52,763 nucleotides of DNA. Source: a virus (lineage: Duplodnaviria; Caudoviricetes). Under the pieces are notes generated by a model. The model did not search any database. It had not been told where the DNA came from and saw nothing but the letters and a program-made list of their open reading frames with translations. A program made the position numbers and the translations under genes. The stretch spans positions 1-52,763 of IMG/VR virus record IMGVR_UViG_3300025133_000147. One strand, written 5' to 3'. Shown here piece by piece: positions 43,759-52,763 of the stretch (position 1 is its first letter; each line of letters opens with the position of its first letter).

Positions 43759-45634
43759 CGAGAACAAGGACTTCACCACCTTCGCGGAGAAGAACCTGTT
43801 CATCCAGACTAAGAAGGGTGAGCTAATCCCGTTCAAGCTGAACAAGAGCCAAGTGCTCAGACAGAAGATGCTTGATGAGATGGATGCAGCAGGAATACCC
43901 ATCAGAGTCTGGGAGGCCAAGGCTAGGCAGGCAGGGTGCAGTACCCACGTCCAAGGCTGGATGTTCCACAGGTGTGTGACGAGGCGTGATGAGGCTGGGT
44001 TGATTGCTGCCCACGCAGACCACGCTGTTCACAGCATCTTTACAAAGACAAAGCTCTTCTTAGACAACCTCCCTGCCCGTCTTCAGCCACTAACGAAGTA
44101 CAACAACAGGGCTGAATTAGACTTCAGAGCGCCTGTTGGCCCTAACGGTCTACGAAGCAGACTTACAGTGATGACTGCGAAGAGTGCAGAAGACGCTCGC
44201 GGAACGACAGCTAGGCTCGCTCACTTCTCAGAGGTAGCCTTCTATAAGCAACCAGAGCGTTACTTTTTAGCCACGCTCCAGTCTATGCCTGACGAGCCAG
44301 GGACCTTTGCCTTTGCCGAGTCTACCTGTAACGGCTCAGGAGACTTTCACCACACAATGTACCTAGGTGCCAGGGTCTGGAACGAGGAGCCCTACCCCTG
44401 GATGCCGCTTAAGAAGAAGTACCCAGGAGACCCCGACTCAACTTGGTTCGCCTACTTCACTCCGTGGTTTATTGTTGATGAGTACACTCGTCCTCTTAAG
44501 TGTTCTCCAGAGGAGTTTGAGAAGTCTATTAACCCAGAAGAGAGGGCTCTTCTTGAGAACTTCGGGGAGTGGATTGACCTAGAGAACCTGTCATGGCGAA
44601 GAGAGACGATTGCTTCCAAGTGTGGTGGCTCAGTAGAGAGATTCCATCAGGAGTACCCAAGCACTGACGAGGAGGCTTTCAGCGCCTCAGGCTCTCCTGT
44701 GTTCGACAGGGACGCCGTCCAGGCTCAGAAGAACATTCATGGGTGTTGGTGCGAGATGTGTCTCCCGTACTCTGGCGCTATTAAGCCCGCTGAGAATGTG
44801 GCTCCTCCACATAAGTGGTACGAAATAAGGGATATAAGCAACTACCCGCTAGGGAGAGAGCGTCTTTACTCCACCTACAAGCCAGTTCTTGATGAGGCGT
44901 CTGACGGTATGGGGAGGATGTCTGTTTGGGAGGACCCAGAGCCAGGGTGTCGGTACATAGTTAGCGCTGACGTTAGCAAGGGGACTGGGAGTGGGGACTG
45001 GGACCACCTGTGTGTCTTCAACTTAGCCACCCTTGAGCAGGTTGCTGAGTGGAGGGGCAAGATTGAGTTAGACGCTCTGTCCCCCCTGTGTCTTCTTGTC
45101 GCCATTTACTACAACAACGCCATTCTAGCCCCAGAGGTGACTGGCCTTGGGGCTGGTCTGATTGCTCTGCTTGAGCGCTCTAGGTATTGGAACCTGTACA
45201 GGCGAATCACTACAGACACGCTTGGTGGTCCTGGGATCCACCTTGGGTGGGACACGAACAGAAAGACAAAGCCTGCGATGGTTGGTCTGATGCAGAAGTC
45301 TATCAAGGAGGCTTATGTAAAAATTAGGTCGCGGGCTGTACTTGATGAGATGGAGGCGTACACGCGCACCGTCCTCTATAGCCGTGACGGCATTGATTCC
45401 TTGCAGGCGAGGATGGGCGCTCCCCCTGGAAAGAATGATGACGCTTGTGTGTCAGCGATGATTGCTGTGGCAGTCGCCCACTACACCCCTGGAGGCATGA
45501 CGAAGATCAATGCCACAGAAGTGGACATGGACAGGGCTATGGACCACAACCAGTGGTCAGATGAGGACTGGTCTACTTACGAGCAGAGTCAGTCTGCTAC
45601 GAGAAGGCTACTCAGTGGGAAGAGGCGGCAGTAA
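43694..45634 (+). CDS. terL: Terminase large subunit
   Basis: PFKLNKSQ, KARQAGCST, AHFSEVAF, ESTCNG, FHQEYP...EAF, nuclease ADVSKG, DDAC..AMIA. Confidence 0.93.
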   Translation: MAVKKRTQRTSDELGEAELLLDENKDFTTFAEKNLFIQTKKGELIPFKLNKSQVLRQKMLDEMDAAGIPIRVWEAKARQAGCSTHVQGWMFHRCVTRRDEAGLIAAHADHAVHSIFTKTKLFLDNLPARLQPLTKYNNRAELDFRAPVGPNGLRSRLTVMTAKSAEDARGTTARLAHFSEVAFYKQPERYFLATLQSMPDEPGTFAFAESTCNGSGDFHHTMYLGARVWNEEPYPWMPLKKKYPGDPDSTWFAYFTPWFIVDEYTRPLKCSPEEFEKSINPEERALLENFGEWIDLENLSWRRETIASKCGGSVERFHQEYPSTDEEAFSASGSPVFDRDAVQAQKNIHGCWCEMCLPYSGAIKPAENVAPPHKWYEIRDISNYPLGRERLYSTYKPVLDEASDGMGRMSVWEDPEPGCRYIVSADVSKGTGSGDWDHLCVFNLATLEQVAEWRGKIELDALSPLCLLVAIYYNNAILAPEVTGLGAGLIALLERSRYWNLYRRITTDTLGGPGIHLGWDTNRKTKPAMVGLMQKSIKEAYVKIRSRAVLDEMEAYTRTVLYSRDGIDSLQARMGAPPGKNDDACVSAMIAVAVAHYTPGGMTKINATEVDMDRAMDHNQWSDEDWSTYEQSQSATRRLLSGKRRQ

Positions 45635-45992
45635 GCCCGTAGACTCCCCACCCTGTCTTCACGATGTCGCCTGGATTCTTGTATACAACCTCGTACACAT
45701 CCTCTTTCGGCAGGCCGCTAGCCTCTACGATGTCCTTTAAGCGCATCTCCCCCTGCTTCCTAAGGAGAGCTTCGATGGCATCCCTGGTGGGGTGCGCTGT
45801 CGGAGCCTTCTCTTCGTTAGGGCTTGGGATGTCAACGCTTGCTGCTATCGCGGCTCCGAAACGACCGCAGTGCCAACAGCGGACCTCTCTAAAGTTAGAC
45901 CGCTCAGCGATGTCGTAGATGGCTGACTTTGTTGTCCAGGCAAAATCCCTGCTGCACAGCGGGCTCACACACTTCATGTCGTAAATACGCAT
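45612..45992 (-). CDS. FmdB-like zinc ribbon fused to a winged helix
   Basis: MRIYDMKC....C...CWHCG, then TRDAIEALL...MRLKDIVEASGL...GWGVY; immediately downstream of the portal. Confidence 0.55.
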   Translation of the reverse strand: MRIYDMKCVSPLCSRDFAWTTKSAIYDIAERSNFREVRCWHCGRFGAAIAASVDIPSPNEEKAPTAHPTRDAIEALLRKQGEMRLKDIVEASGLPKEDVYEVVYKNPGDIVKTGWGVYGLTAASSH

Positions 45993-46007
45993 TACTTCCC
46001 CTTAGTT

Positions 46008-47957
46008 TTAGAATCTGCCCATCACAGCGTCAGCGCTGGATGGAGCTACCTCTCTCGGCCCAGTTCCGGCGAGGGACTCTCCTTCAGCCCCTACACCAGT
46101 GTCCTCTACGCCTCCTTCAGCCGCTTGCCCAGCAGCCCCGGCAGAGATAGCTGCTCCTTGTAGCTGCGACAAGGGACCGACAAGGACTCTCTTGTCTTGC
46201 CGCCATACCTTGAAGGCTTGATCCATGAAGTTTTGAATTGTGTCAGGAGGAAGCACTCCTCCCTGAACCAGAGGAGCAAGCGTCCCAGTGACTCCCTGGA
46301 TAGTCTGAAGCAGACCCATAAAGGCTCTCTGCTCTTCCGCAGGATCAACTGGGATTGTAGACCCAGCCTGAATGTTCACATCGTAGAAGCCCTGGATGTC
46401 AGAGGCAGTGAAGGAGATGAACTCATCATCCCCAGCATCACCGTCAATCCTTAGGTAACGAACCTCGTCGAAGTACTGACGCATGATTGAAAGCATCTTG
46501 CGACCAATGTTTGAGATGAACTTCTCTGTTCCCTCTAGGCGCATACCAACACGACCCTTAGTAGCAGCAGAGGCAATAGCGACCTCAGTCGCTGTGGTCC
46601 CCTTGCGGCTTGCTCCTCCACGCTGGAAGGAGTCAATGCCTGAGATCTCATACATCAGCTTAGACAGACCACTAAGAACCATTGGAGTGGTACTCGGAGG
46701 GGGAGCTTCAGGAAGAAGCATGAGAGCATCCTGAATTCTAGCCACGCTGGCAGGAACCTCAGCTACAGCCATGTCTTCCTCAGACTCAAGGAGTCCAGCA
46801 AGCTGACCAGACTCAAGGGCTCCAGGGGCAGCAACGAACTTGCGCCGTGAAGACAAGCGGTGGTGCCTAAGGATGTAAGCCCACTCGTCGTTAAGACGCT
46901 GAGAGATGTCCTTGATGGAGTAGAGGTCAGCCACTCGCGTGCTGTAGAAGTTGTTAGGGACATCGACAAAGCGAAGGACTTCGTAGGGGTAGCCCTTCAT
47001 CTCAATCGGGTCTGCGATGTGCCGAAGGATAGAATCCTGAGCATCACCAGTTCCTGGGTTCTTAAGCATCCACATGACGTAACGACGAAGCCCGTCACCC
47101 GCATCACCCCAGTATCGAACCTCATAGAGCGTTACATACTCAGGCTCAATCTCGGGCTGGTTGAGATTGTTATGAGCCGAGTACCCAGTAAGGGTTGCTG
47201 GGATTGCCTCTTCAAGCCAGGAGTCAGCAACAACGCTGTGGGGGACGTTAAACCTGTCGTCTTCTCTCAGGTCGTCAAGACGAACAATCATTCGCTCGCA
47301 AACCCAAGGGCACTTCTTAAGGTCTGTGTATCCAGGGGGGATGAGTAGGTCCCACGGGCAAACCCTGTTGTACGTTGGGTTGTCGTCAGGGCCTTCCTCA
47401 AACGACATCTGGTCGTCTGCCATGATTCTACGAAGCTGTCGCTGTTGCTCAGCGGTAAGGGCTCCGTCCTGCTCGTTCCCAGGCAGCGGCTTCTCTGGAC
47501 CACTGTCGTAGTCTTCCTCTGTGTAGAAGGAGCCACTCCCCTCGTAGCCAACCTTAGCCACACCTATGCCAAACAGGATGGTGTCTAAGACAACGCTGCG
47601 AGTTGTTCTGTTTCCGTCAATCTCATTCCAGATGTAATTCAAAGCAGTCTCTGCCACGCGAGCAGACTCTTTGTCACCGGGACGACGAGGCTTAACGTAA
47701 ATATATGGGTTGGCTGAGATGACCCCAGGAATGATGGTGTTGGCGTTAGCCAAGAGGAAGTTGAAGTTAACCTCCTGCCCCTCTTCAAAGTGGAGACCGT
47801 CTGGCCCTCCAGCCCCTTCAGCCGAGTAGGCATGCTGGACAGAGCGCCAAATTGGGAGGTGGTTTTCCTCAATAATCCTTTCTGACTCCTCGATCTTTTC
47901 GACCCAGGTTGAGATTTCTGAGGAAGACATCTGAATTTTTATATTTTCGTTTGGCAT
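46008..47957 (-). CDS. Portal protein (P22-like)
   Basis: VKPRRPGDKESA..AE..LNY.W, ILFGIGVAKVG, RV.PWD, EISG, TATEV, YDV.I.AGS; about 650 aa; start placed at ATG 47957. Confidence 0.85.
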   Translation of the reverse strand: MPNENIKIQMSSSEISTWVEKIEESERIIEENHLPIWRSVQHAYSAEGAGGPDGLHFEEGQEVNFNFLLANANTIIPGVISANPYIYVKPRRPGDKESARVAETALNYIWNEIDGNRTTRSVVLDTILFGIGVAKVGYEGSGSFYTEEDYDSGPEKPLPGNEQDGALTAEQQRQLRRIMADDQMSFEEGPDDNPTYNRVCPWDLLIPPGYTDLKKCPWVCERMIVRLDDLREDDRFNVPHSVVADSWLEEAIPATLTGYSAHNNLNQPEIEPEYVTLYEVRYWGDAGDGLRRYVMWMLKNPGTGDAQDSILRHIADPIEMKGYPYEVLRFVDVPNNFYSTRVADLYSIKDISQRLNDEWAYILRHHRLSSRRKFVAAPGALESGQLAGLLESEEDMAVAEVPASVARIQDALMLLPEAPPPSTTPMVLSGLSKLMYEISGIDSFQRGGASRKGTTATEVAIASAATKGRVGMRLEGTEKFISNIGRKMLSIMRQYFDEVRYLRIDGDAGDDEFISFTASDIQGFYDVNIQAGSTIPVDPAEEQRAFMGLLQTIQGVTGTLAPLVQGGVLPPDTIQNFMDQAFKVWRQDKRVLVGPLSQLQGAAISAGAAGQAAEGGVEDTGVGAEGESLAGTGPREVAPSSADAVMGRF

Positions 47958-48032
47958 GGTTCCGATGGTACTTGACAAAACTTTCTGGTTAAACTCATAT
48001 CCAGATCACGCGATAATGCGTTTGGAGGAACC

Positions 48033-48845
48033 ATGACACTAGAGACGCCCATCGACAACTTTGAAGAAACCCTCGACGAGGATAATTCTGAAGAGATCGG
48101 TAGTGAGGCTGACGATGCCTATGGTGAAGAAGAGCATCTAGCTGACCAAGTTGAACCTGAGCAAGAAAGCGACGAGGATTCTTTCTGGGGTGGAAACCCT
48201 GAAGAGCTTCCTGAAGAGTTAAAGGCTTCTTACAAGAACATGCAGGCTGCGTTCACTAAAAGAATGCAGCGAATGGCTACTCTTGAAAATAAGTACTTTG
48301 ATTCTATCGACGCTGCCAATGCTGCCGTGCTTGCACGACAGGAAGCTCAGGCTCCCGTTGAGGAAGTTGAAGAGGATAGTCCTCCTGACCTTTCTCAGGG
48401 AGCAAAGCCTGAAGACGTAATCTCCTATTACGTTGAGAAGGAGGTTCAGAAAAGACTTGAAGCCTCCGGCATCAAGAACTTGGCCCAGGAGATGCAACCC
48501 GTTGCACATCGAGAGAGAGTTACAGGGGCTTACCGACAGTTTGCTTCCTCTGCTCCCAACCTCGATCACCAGAAGCTTGCGCCGCTGACAGGTCAGATCA
48601 TTGATAATGATCCTGAGCTTGCTCAGTTGGCACAGGTCAACCCCGCCGCTGCCATCCGTCTCGCTGCCCGTGTTGCACAGGCTGAGATGAAGGCAGTATC
48701 TACTAAACAAAAAAGTCGAAAGCGTCGTCAGGCTGCTCCTGTGTCGGCTCGTAGTGGAACCGTTGTTAAGCCTAGGCGAGAGTCTATGCTTGATGCAGCC
48801 ACCAGAGCCCTCAAAGAAGCTGGCTTGAATCCAGACAATTTCTAA
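48033..48845 (+). CDS. Capsid scaffolding protein
   Basis: Acidic N-terminus, LPEELKASYKNMQAAFTKRMQ, helical, directly upstream of the capsid gene; GGAGG RBS. Confidence 0.75.
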   Translation: MTLETPIDNFEETLDEDNSEEIGSEADDAYGEEEHLADQVEPEQESDEDSFWGGNPEELPEELKASYKNMQAAFTKRMQRMATLENKYFDSIDAANAAVLARQEAQAPVEEVEEDSPPDLSQGAKPEDVISYYVEKEVQKRLEASGIKNLAQEMQPVAHRERVTGAYRQFASSAPNLDHQKLAPLTGQIIDNDPELAQLAQVNPAAAIRLAARVAQAEMKAVSTKQKSRKRRQAAPVSARSGTVVKPRRESMLDAATRALKEAGLNPDNF

Positions 48846-48862
48846 CTAGATAAGGAAATATC

Positions 48863-49954
48863 GTGGCAAATCCACAAGCTACTATTACTTGGAACCGGGT
48901 CTACTCGACTACCGCAGCGGCAGAACGCGCTTCGGTAGCGATGGAGATCGTTCAGGCTAACCCTCTCCTCTGGCACATGTACCGCCAGGGCGCAGTTATC
49001 TACGAGGGAGGCACTGAGTGTCGTGTCCCCGTGGTCCTCACCGAGTCGCAGAACATTGGTGCCATTGGCACTTATGAGACTTTCTCTACCACTGCGGAAG
49101 ACGGTCCTACCAAGGCCCGCTACCCCAACTGGTACAAGAACCGCGCTTCGATGGTCATTGACAACACTGAGCTTGCTCAGAACCGTGGCAAGTACCAGAT
49201 CGTCAACCTCCTTCAGGCCAAGCAGGCGATTTCTAAGATCAGCATGATTAACGACCTTGCTCGTCAGATGTACGCTGATGGTGGCGCAGAGTCCGCCACC
49301 TCGACCACTCCGAAAGAAATTAACGGACTTCAGTCAATGCTGGACTTCGCTACTTTCGGAACTCAGACAGGCAACGTTGGCGGGATCGCGAAGGGTGATT
49401 TCACTTCTACGTGGCAGAACCAGTACGGCGCAATCACTGCGTTCGGCACTGATGGTCTAGACGTTTGGGAAGAGGTCTACATGAACTGCTCTAAGAAGGG
49501 CACTCATCCTGACATCATCCTGACGGACCCGCAGGTCTACCGCTTCTTCAAGCGACTCGTTGCTCCTAACCAGGAAGAGCGTGACGTTGCGATGTGGAAC
49601 CAGGGCTTTGAGAACCTGCTCTTCAACGGAACCCCCGTGGTCCCCGATGAGGAACTCTCAGGAACTGGCAAGACCTTCTTCTTGACGACCAGTGGAAAGC
49701 GCGGAGTCACCGACTTCAACCTGAAGCCGGAATACTTTGAGGTTCCCGGAAAGAACCCGCTTGTTCAGGGTAAGGGCACGGCCATTGGCCTTCAGCTCGC
49801 CATCCTGTCTTCGGACGACTTCCGTCAGACTGAGTTCCTCACGCCGCCTAACAGCGATGTGATCCTCAGCCATACCTACTTCACCTCGATGCTGGTTGCG
49901 TCGTCGTTGTCCCGTCAGGGCTGCGTCGATTTCGCTGGCGCGATTCAGTTTTAA
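48863..49954 (+). CDS. Major capsid protein
   Basis: 363 aa after the scaffold; NPLL, GG....P, IVNLL..K, MY.DG, INGL, GGI.......WQN, PDII.T, GFENL.FNG.PVV.D. Confidence 0.85.
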   Translation: MANPQATITWNRVYSTTAAAERASVAMEIVQANPLLWHMYRQGAVIYEGGTECRVPVVLTESQNIGAIGTYETFSTTAEDGPTKARYPNWYKNRASMVIDNTELAQNRGKYQIVNLLQAKQAISKISMINDLARQMYADGGAESATSTTPKEINGLQSMLDFATFGTQTGNVGGIAKGDFTSTWQNQYGAITAFGTDGLDVWEEVYMNCSKKGTHPDIILTDPQVYRFFKRLVAPNQEERDVAMWNQGFENLLFNGTPVVPDEELSGTGKTFFLTTSGKRGVTDFNLKPEYFEVPGKNPLVQGKGTAIGLQLAILSSDDFRQTEFLTPPNSDVILSHTYFTSMLVASSLSRQGCVDFAGAIQF

Positions 49955-49974
49955 GCTAAGAGAGGGATACTAAA

Positions 49975-50496
49975 ATGTCTGATTTTATGTTTGGTGGTTC
50001 AGCTCTTACGCTGGACATTGGTGTTCGTAATGATACTGGTGCCGCTGTCGTCGCTGGTGATGTTGTGCAGATTGACTTCGCGCAGGGCGCAGTTGGGCAG
50101 GATGGCTATGGAGCCGTTACGCCCGCAGCGGGTGGTGCCGACAATGGATGGGCCGACAACCCGTTGGACGTTGGTTCTGGCTTCTTTTCGGTGACGGGCT
50201 CTGTTGTCGCGCCGACTGGGGCTAGCATCCAGACCCTTGACGGAATGATTATTCGCGTTGGAGGCGCTGCCCAGGTTCAGGTGCTTGCTCCTGTCGGCGG
50301 TATCGCAGTAGGAGACTTGCTTGACATCTCTCCTGGCAACGACTGGTTGGTTATCTCCGGCATGAACGGTGGAAATATCTCTGTTGCCAATACTGCGGCT
50401 TCAATCGGCTTGATTCGTGGCGTTGCTCTAGAGGCTCTCGGCGCTGGCCTGACCTCTGTTATCAACGTATGGCTCCGTCCGTTCGGCGGCGCATAA
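49975..50496 (+). CDS. Putative capsid decoration/cement protein
   Basis: RNDTGA.V.AGDVV, IAVGDLL, GVALEA; follows the capsid gene. Confidence 0.65.
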   Translation: MSDFMFGGSALTLDIGVRNDTGAAVVAGDVVQIDFAQGAVGQDGYGAVTPAAGGADNGWADNPLDVGSGFFSVTGSVVAPTGASIQTLDGMIIRVGGAAQVQVLAPVGGIAVGDLLDISPGNDWLVISGMNGGNISVANTAASIGLIRGVALEALGAGLTSVINVWLRPFGGA

Positions 50497-50511
50497 TAAA
50501 CAACGTGTGTC

Positions 50512-50537
50512 AGGTGGGGGGCTTCGGCCCCCTGCCT
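50512..50537 (+). terminator. Hairpin with cUUCGg tetraloop after the capsid/decoration genes
   Basis: GGGGGC-TTCG-GCCCCC with an extended stem; weak U-tract. Confidence 0.6.
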
Positions 50538-50560
50538 TACGCAACTAGGAGATTAGAATT

Positions 50561-51019
50561 ATGGCTGTTGCAGCACATGTTAGCCGGGTAGCGAAAGATT
50601 ACGCTCCACACGGTTATTCAGTTATGGAGAGTGTTTCAAGAAGCTGGGAGAGCCCCCCAGATGGGGATGGGCTAGACGAAGGTGGTGTTGTGTTGATTGT
50701 AGATGACGCTGACATCTACTTGGAGAAGGTTCAGATCGTTGGTGAGTCTGCCCTAGATGCTGCTGCGGCACAGTGGTTGACGATTGAGGTGAGTTCCATG
50801 GATAGCGGTGCCGTAGCCAGCACAACCCACGCCACGATAGACACCACTGCCAGTGGGACTGGTGGGTTGGCTGACTCTGTTTTTTACGATGTCCCTATTG
50901 CGACACCCGTTGTTCCGAAGGGTCGCGTTCTTATGATGTCGCTGGTTAAGAGCGAAGACAATGGAACCGCGTCTGAAATCTCTCTTGATCTTCAGGTCCG
51001 ATACCGTCGCAAGGCTTAG
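50561..51019 (+). CDS. Putative virion structural protein
   Basis: AGGAGA RBS; beta-rich 152 aa in the head module. Confidence 0.6.
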   Translation: MAVAAHVSRVAKDYAPHGYSVMESVSRSWESPPDGDGLDEGGVVLIVDDADIYLEKVQIVGESALDAAAAQWLTIEVSSMDSGAVASTTHATIDTTASGTGGLADSVFYDVPIATPVVPKGRVLMMSLVKSEDNGTASEISLDLQVRYRRKA

Positions 51020-51052
51020 TCTAAAAACTCACTCGCTTAAGGAGGGTCGTTC

Positions 51053-52330
51053 GTGAACCTTTCGGAACTCAGAACGGCTCTCCAAGAGCGGCGTGAGGAC
51101 TACTCAGCCTCCGACGCTAAACTCAATCGCCGGATTAATCAGGCGTACCTAGACATCTGCTCTAGGCGTAAGTGGGGCTGGCTTCGCAGGGAATATACTG
51201 CGAACACTCACGCAAGCACTACAGTCACTGGAACAGCGGCTGGCGTAAACGGTGTCGTCTACACTAACGGCGAAAACGAAGTTGGCTTTGGTGCTAACAA
51301 AATCCCTGGCCCCACAGTGTTGGGCAAGAGAGTGCTTATCGACAGCGCTTTCTACACAGTCATCGACATGAACAGTACGGGGACTCAAATGATCCTCGAC
51401 AGGCCGTTCACAGGGACATCGACAACCGCGACCGAAGAGGGCACGGTCAAGTTCATCTACGACGAAGTGGCCCTCCCCCTGGGCACAGAGTCAATCATTG
51501 AGTCCTCTCTCTTCACAGGCTCTACCTCCTACGCTCTAAGCCTAGAGGCTATCCAGCCAGCCACGATGTCCATGCGTGACAAGGATGTCTCTGGTCAGCC
51601 CACTGCTTGCTCTGTCATAGAGAAGAAGCCTATCTACAGGCCGCGCAAGAAGGTCAGTGACTTCGGGGCTCTAACGGCGGGAGCGGGTGGGCTTCTAACT
51701 GTTGGCGCTACCTATAAGTACTGGTACAGCTTCTACGACCAGAAGTCTGGGGCCGAGTCCTCCCTGAGCGAAGAGTCTAGCGTTACCTTAAGCGCTGCCC
51801 AGAACCGGGTTACGCTGCCCACGGTAGTGGCTCGCAAGGACTACGTCCTCCGCATCTACAGGAGCACTGCTGGTGGGTCTGTTCCATACCTTCTTAGGGA
51901 CAAGCTTGAGCAGTCTGTTGCGGTTGTTGACGACGAGTCTGACGACTACTTAGGAACCAGAGGCCCTGACAGCGCCTCTACTATGTTCCTGACGCTCTAC
52001 CCGTACCCAGACTCCACCTACCAAGTTCACATGCTCCTGATGATGGAAGCTCTCAGGCTTGATGACGACGACGACCGTCCGATGTTTGACTCAGGCTACT
52101 CGACCACTCTTCTTGATGGCGCTGAGATGCTGATGCTCAATGCAGAGGATGAGCAGGCCAGAGCTAACGCTGTTCAGCGACGTTACGAGACAGGTATCCA
52201 GAGGATGATCATGCAAGACAGGCTCAACTTCCAGCAGCGTGTCTTGATTGGGAGAGGCGGGCGAAGGGTTGTAGGCAAGGGGACTTGGCTGTACGCCTCT
52301 GGCTCTGACGACAGTAACTTCAGGGCTTAG
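51053..52330 (+). CDS. Head-tail adaptor protein with inserted domains
   Basis: MNLSELR...LNRRINQAY.DI.....W.WL N-terminus; LYPYPD..Y...L.DDDD.P.F...Y..L..G C-terminus; AAGGAGG RBS. Confidence 0.7.
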   Translation: MNLSELRTALQERREDYSASDAKLNRRINQAYLDICSRRKWGWLRREYTANTHASTTVTGTAAGVNGVVYTNGENEVGFGANKIPGPTVLGKRVLIDSAFYTVIDMNSTGTQMILDRPFTGTSTTATEEGTVKFIYDEVALPLGTESIIESSLFTGSTSYALSLEAIQPATMSMRDKDVSGQPTACSVIEKKPIYRPRKKVSDFGALTAGAGGLLTVGATYKYWYSFYDQKSGAESSLSEESSVTLSAAQNRVTLPTVVARKDYVLRIYRSTAGGSVPYLLRDKLEQSVAVVDDESDDYLGTRGPDSASTMFLTLYPYPDSTYQVHMLLMMEALRLDDDDDRPMFDSGYSTTLLDGAEMLMLNAEDEQARANAVQRRYETGIQRMIMQDRLNFQQRVLIGRGGRRVVGKGTWLYASGSDDSNFRA

Positions 52331-52333
52331 CCG

Positions 52334-52763
52334 ATGTCTAAAGCCAGAGGAAAGCTACAGGTCTTTGAGCCTGCGAATGTCGCAGGTCTAGACACCCGTG
52401 TCTGGCAGGGCAAGGGCTCTTCTGATGACATGGACGGAGTCGAGTTCTCCCTGAGGGGAGAGGTCGTAAAGGCTCTTGGGTATCAGCGTCTAGTTGAGTG
52501 GAGCCCAAAGCGTTCTATTGGTTTGTCCACTGAGGAGGGAGTTGTTGTCTCCTCAGGTGCGCCTGTTCAGAGTAACCCCCTTGAAGAGGCTGAGGTGCTT
52601 ACTCTTGGGACTTACACCTGGGGTGGCTCTACTGAGCTTGTGGTGGCGTACTGGGTGCCTTCGTCTGACCCGTCGCTCCTCAAGAAGGGTCGTCCTCGCG
52701 GGGAGGTTCGCATAGCTGTCCTAGAGACCAACGAACTGAGGGTTATCTACAGCTACTTCCTTG
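52334..52763 (+). CDS. N-terminal part of the tail nozzle protein (3' partial)
   Basis: ATG 3 nt after the adaptor stop; open to the window end (MSKARGKLQVFEPANVAGLDTR...); plausibly continues into 2-1804. Confidence 0.65.
   Translation, partial: MSKARGKLQVFEPANVAGLDTRVWQGKGSSDDMDGVEFSLRGEVVKALGYQRLVEWSPKRSIGLSTEEGVVVSSGAPVQSNPLEEAEVLTLGTYTWGGSTELVVAYWVPSSDPSLLKKGRPRGEVRIAVLETNELRVIYSYFL

Noticed and set aside
42541-48032. Shared late-promoter motif in the two divergent gaps (CCAGAT/CTGGATA-like words)
   Set aside because: Matches are only 6-7 bp with inconsistent position and orientation; not distinguishable from chance by eye.

Overview
A near-complete, circularly permuted genome of a tailed phage with a P22-like podovirus virion module. 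The tail nozzle gene is split across the two window ends. Layout: (+) 48033-end and 1-22240 carry scaffold, major capsid, decoration, adaptor, nozzle, tail proteins, four ejection-type proteins (one with LysM, one of 2792 aa with ParB-like and HExxH modules), a pair of receptor-binding-like paralogs and a lysis cassette. (-) 35970-22339 is a long early/host-takeover array of small genes ending in DUF932, a Cas4-like exonuclease, a Sak4-like ATPase and an SSB. 36010-37540 is a mostly non-coding control region. (+) an initiator-like protein, DnaB and RuvC follow, then alternating-strand blocks with basic peptides, the large terminase and an oppositely oriented portal. I recognised no integrase, DNA polymerase, primase, tRNA or CRISPR array. 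The most striking unexplained structure is in the early region, where about 17 AT-rich palindromes of three families (TTAACY-N6-RGTTAA, TTATTTATT-N6-AATAAATAA, TTTTAAAAG-N4-CTTTTAAAA) mostly sit just upstream of the AGGAG ribosome-binding sites of the small genes, giving a cassette-like array. Also notable are duplicated sigma54-type elements, two ACTAGT/AGTACT palindrome arrays, an ACG-initiated ORF and coupled Lys-rich micropeptides. All protein calls come from motif recognition by eye, with no database search.
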